Assembly (NCBI GenBank): GCA_963813025.1
Contig: CAWEXO010000011.1
Coordinates: 352,001-416,000 of the forward strand
DNA length: 64,000 nt
Source of the DNA: an uncultured Verrucomicrobiae bacterium
Lineage (GTDB): Bacteria; Verrucomicrobiota; Verrucomicrobiia; Chthoniobacterales; JAFAMB01
Direction: 5' to 3'
The translations under genes and the position numbers were made by a program. A model generated the notes under the pieces. That model was not told the DNA's origin. It did not search any database and was given only the letters and a program-made list of their open reading frames with translations. Shown one piece after another: positions 61,897 through 64,000 of this stretch (its first letter is position 1; every line of letters begins with the position of its first letter).

Positions 61897-63870
61897 TTAC
61901 GCAGATCGCAAATGCTCGTCACGCGGAAAGTCGAGCAGCGTCGATTGATCCCCGAGCCCATTGTCGGCTCCCGTATCGAACTCCTCCTGACGCAACCCTA
62001 TCCGATGATCCCGATAGAGAGTAATGGCTACGTCGCGATTTATCCGGATGCACTGCTTGATCGCTTCCGCCTCCTTTTCGCAGAAAAGAACCGTTTTCCA
62101 GGAAAAGATATGCTTTGGTTTATGGAAGTCGCTGTTCGCGATGAATGGCAGAGGTTTTAGCCCGATCGGATTGAAAATATCGTCGCGATTGGCCACCTCC
62201 CAGGCGTCCAGCAACGGTGCAAACTGCGCAATGTTGTCCCAGAAATACAGGGTGTTTTTGCCCCAGTGCGTTTTGAACTCGTGCGGATGAGAAGCAACGG
62301 CCAGCGCGCCTTGAGCATGAATTTCGGCAATGGTTTGCGTTATCCCCAGCCCGGGATCGATCGGTTTTTTCAGATCAATCGCCAGAAGGTGCGCCGAGCT
62401 TTTCCTAGTCAGACCATCTTTGTTAAACTCAAGGCCCGTCATCACCAGTAGATTGTATTTCTCCCAGGCACGTTTTTTCTCGCGCTCGATCGCTTCGAAA
62501 TATTCCTCGACCTGATCGCGATGAAGGACCAGTCCCGTCAGATTGGTGACGCGTCCGATCAGCTTGGTGTAGTCGCAAATGTGGTCAGTGATACAGAGCG
62601 CGTCAAAGCCCCGCTGTCCATAAAAATCGACCAACTCCCGCACCGTCAATTTGCCGTCGGAAAAGACGCTATGCGTATGCAAATCGCAAAGAAGAATCGC
62701 TTGTTTCTGCCGTTGGTTCGACCGCTGTTTGAACTGGTGAAGATCCCGCGGAGGAGCATTCTCCGCAGTCGCTAATTCCAGGATGAACCGCGCGATCTGA
62801 AGCGAGGCATCCGGCCGGCTGATGCGTTGCAGGTTTGCATTCCATTTCTTCAGCAGGCGATCTTCATGGCGGAAGGCCTCGTCCAGTGTTTCCAGTATCG
62901 CAGCTCCATTGGGTGCCAGTTGGCCGCACTCATTTTCGACAATCAAACGAGCGTTGCCCTCCTCCTGACCAGGAACAACCTGACTGATAATTACCGGGGT
63001 GCGCGCGGCAATCGACTCCTGGATGGTTGCGCCGCCGGCTTTTGTGATGATCAGGTGATGGCTCGTTAGCAACTCGGGCATTTTCGTGGTCCAGCCCAGG
63101 ATGCGGACTGGGTGCGCGGGCGCTTTCACGCTGTCCTCCAGTTGAGCGCGCAACGCGGAGTCCCGGCCCACCGTCACGGTCAATTCGATGTCCGAACGCC
63201 GCGCCAATCTTCGCACAAGAGCCGGAGCTTCTTTCTTGCCCGAACTGATCATGTAGAGGACGCGCTTCACATCGCCGTGTCCCGCCGAATAACGTTCATC
63301 CTTGATCTCGGCAAACCGATAGGTGACTGGAAAACCGAATATCCTGATCCGATCGTCGGGGATACCGCCCCCGCGGAGCACAGCGGCCGTTTCCTCATTG
63401 GGAACTACAAAATAGTCGCTCGAACAACGATACCAAACAGAATTCACCGTGATCGAGTCCGTCACGACGGTAATCTGCGAAAACGGTCGTACCCGACCTG
63501 CGGGGTAGAGGTCGTCAATGAAGTAGTTATAAATCGGGTAAGTGGAGACGACCGCATCGGGCTCCAGCTGATCGAGAACCGTCGACACTGCTCGCTTCAT
63601 CTTGGTCAGGACAAGCATGTTGGTCTCCACAAACTGCGTCCCATCAATTACGTTGTAGATTTTGCCCCATACTCTGGGGGTGCGATTGATCGCCGCGATG
63701 TACGCTTTGCGAAAAAAATCGTTTAGTTTGCCGTAGCAGGCATCGAACAGATCAAGCACTTCCACACGGGCATCGTGCGGCGCCACAAACTCCAACGCGT
63801 CACGAAGGTTGCGGGCCGCCGTGTTGTGGCCTTCGCCGAAGCCAGCTGTGAAAATCACGATTTTCTTCAT
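61897..63870 (-). CDS. MGDG-synthase/UgtP-like glycosyltransferase fused to a PHP-family metallophosphoesterase domain
   Basis: TAGFGEGHNTAA, VVTD, ITKAGG, PGQEEGNA; then CDLHTHS.FSDG, ITDH, SHPH, WEVAN, ANSDFH. Confidence 0.85.
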   Translation of the reverse strand: MKKIVIFTAGFGEGHNTAARNLRDALEFVAPHDARVEVLDLFDACYGKLNDFFRKAYIAAINRTPRVWGKIYNVIDGTQFVETNMLVLTKMKRAVSTVLDQLEPDAVVSTYPIYNYFIDDLYPAGRVRPFSQITVVTDSITVNSVWYRCSSDYFVVPNEETAAVLRGGGIPDDRIRIFGFPVTYRFAEIKDERYSAGHGDVKRVLYMISSGKKEAPALVRRLARRSDIELTVTVGRDSALRAQLEDSVKAPAHPVRILGWTTKMPELLTSHHLIITKAGGATIQESIAARTPVIISQVVPGQEEGNARLIVENECGQLAPNGAAILETLDEAFRHEDRLLKKWNANLQRISRPDASLQIARFILELATAENAPPRDLHQFKQRSNQRQKQAILLCDLHTHSVFSDGKLTVRELVDFYGQRGFDALCITDHICDYTKLIGRVTNLTGLVLHRDQVEEYFEAIEREKKRAWEKYNLLVMTGLEFNKDGLTRKSSAHLLAIDLKKPIDPGLGITQTIAEIHAQGALAVASHPHEFKTHWGKNTLYFWDNIAQFAPLLDAWEVANRDDIFNPIGLKPLPFIANSDFHKPKHIFSWKTVLFCEKEAEAIKQCIRINRDVAITLYRDHRIGLRQEEFDTGADNGLGDQSTLLDFPRDEHLRSA

Positions 63871-64000
63871 CTCTGATCGGAAATTTCTTGCGGTGCCGTT
63901 TGCACTTCGTCGACGGATTTTGATACTACGTTGCGAGCCGGGGAGGTTAACTGATGGATCGAACTCCTGCCAGCGATTTTAAAAAGCCGTACTCCAGGCG

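Overview
A GC-rich bacterial chromosome segment, probably Verrucomicrobiota (Chthoniobacterales-like). This is inferred from the short rpoZ next to smpB, the LpxL-WaaF fusion and the repeat styles, and is not certain. Housekeeping genes (hrpB, a DEAD-box helicase, purC, ppk2, ada, tgt, rpoZ, smpB, xerD, tRNA-Gly, fmt, adk) alternate with accessory loci. These include a decaying pectin/hexuronate locus (deleted GH28, amber-interrupted exuT, IS630, intact uxaE and a GntR regulator with two matching operator-like sites), FUSC/HlyD efflux genes, a Phd-VapC toxin-antitoxin pair and two sugar ABC systems. Downstream of tRNA-Gly lies a degraded island with att-like relics, pseudogenes, a truncated IS630 and an ISNCY-type element with a passenger gene. 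The most striking unexplained signal is a family of about 250-bp long-hairpin elements (3 full and 2 partial copies) located only at gene 3' ends. Its arms co-vary within each copy, its central stem shows compensatory changes, and it supplies the stop codon or C-terminal peptide of six neighbouring ORFs. GTAG-type REP-like hairpins and 6/7/9/11/18-mer tandem arrays fill many other intergenic spaces. No CRISPR array or rRNA was seen.
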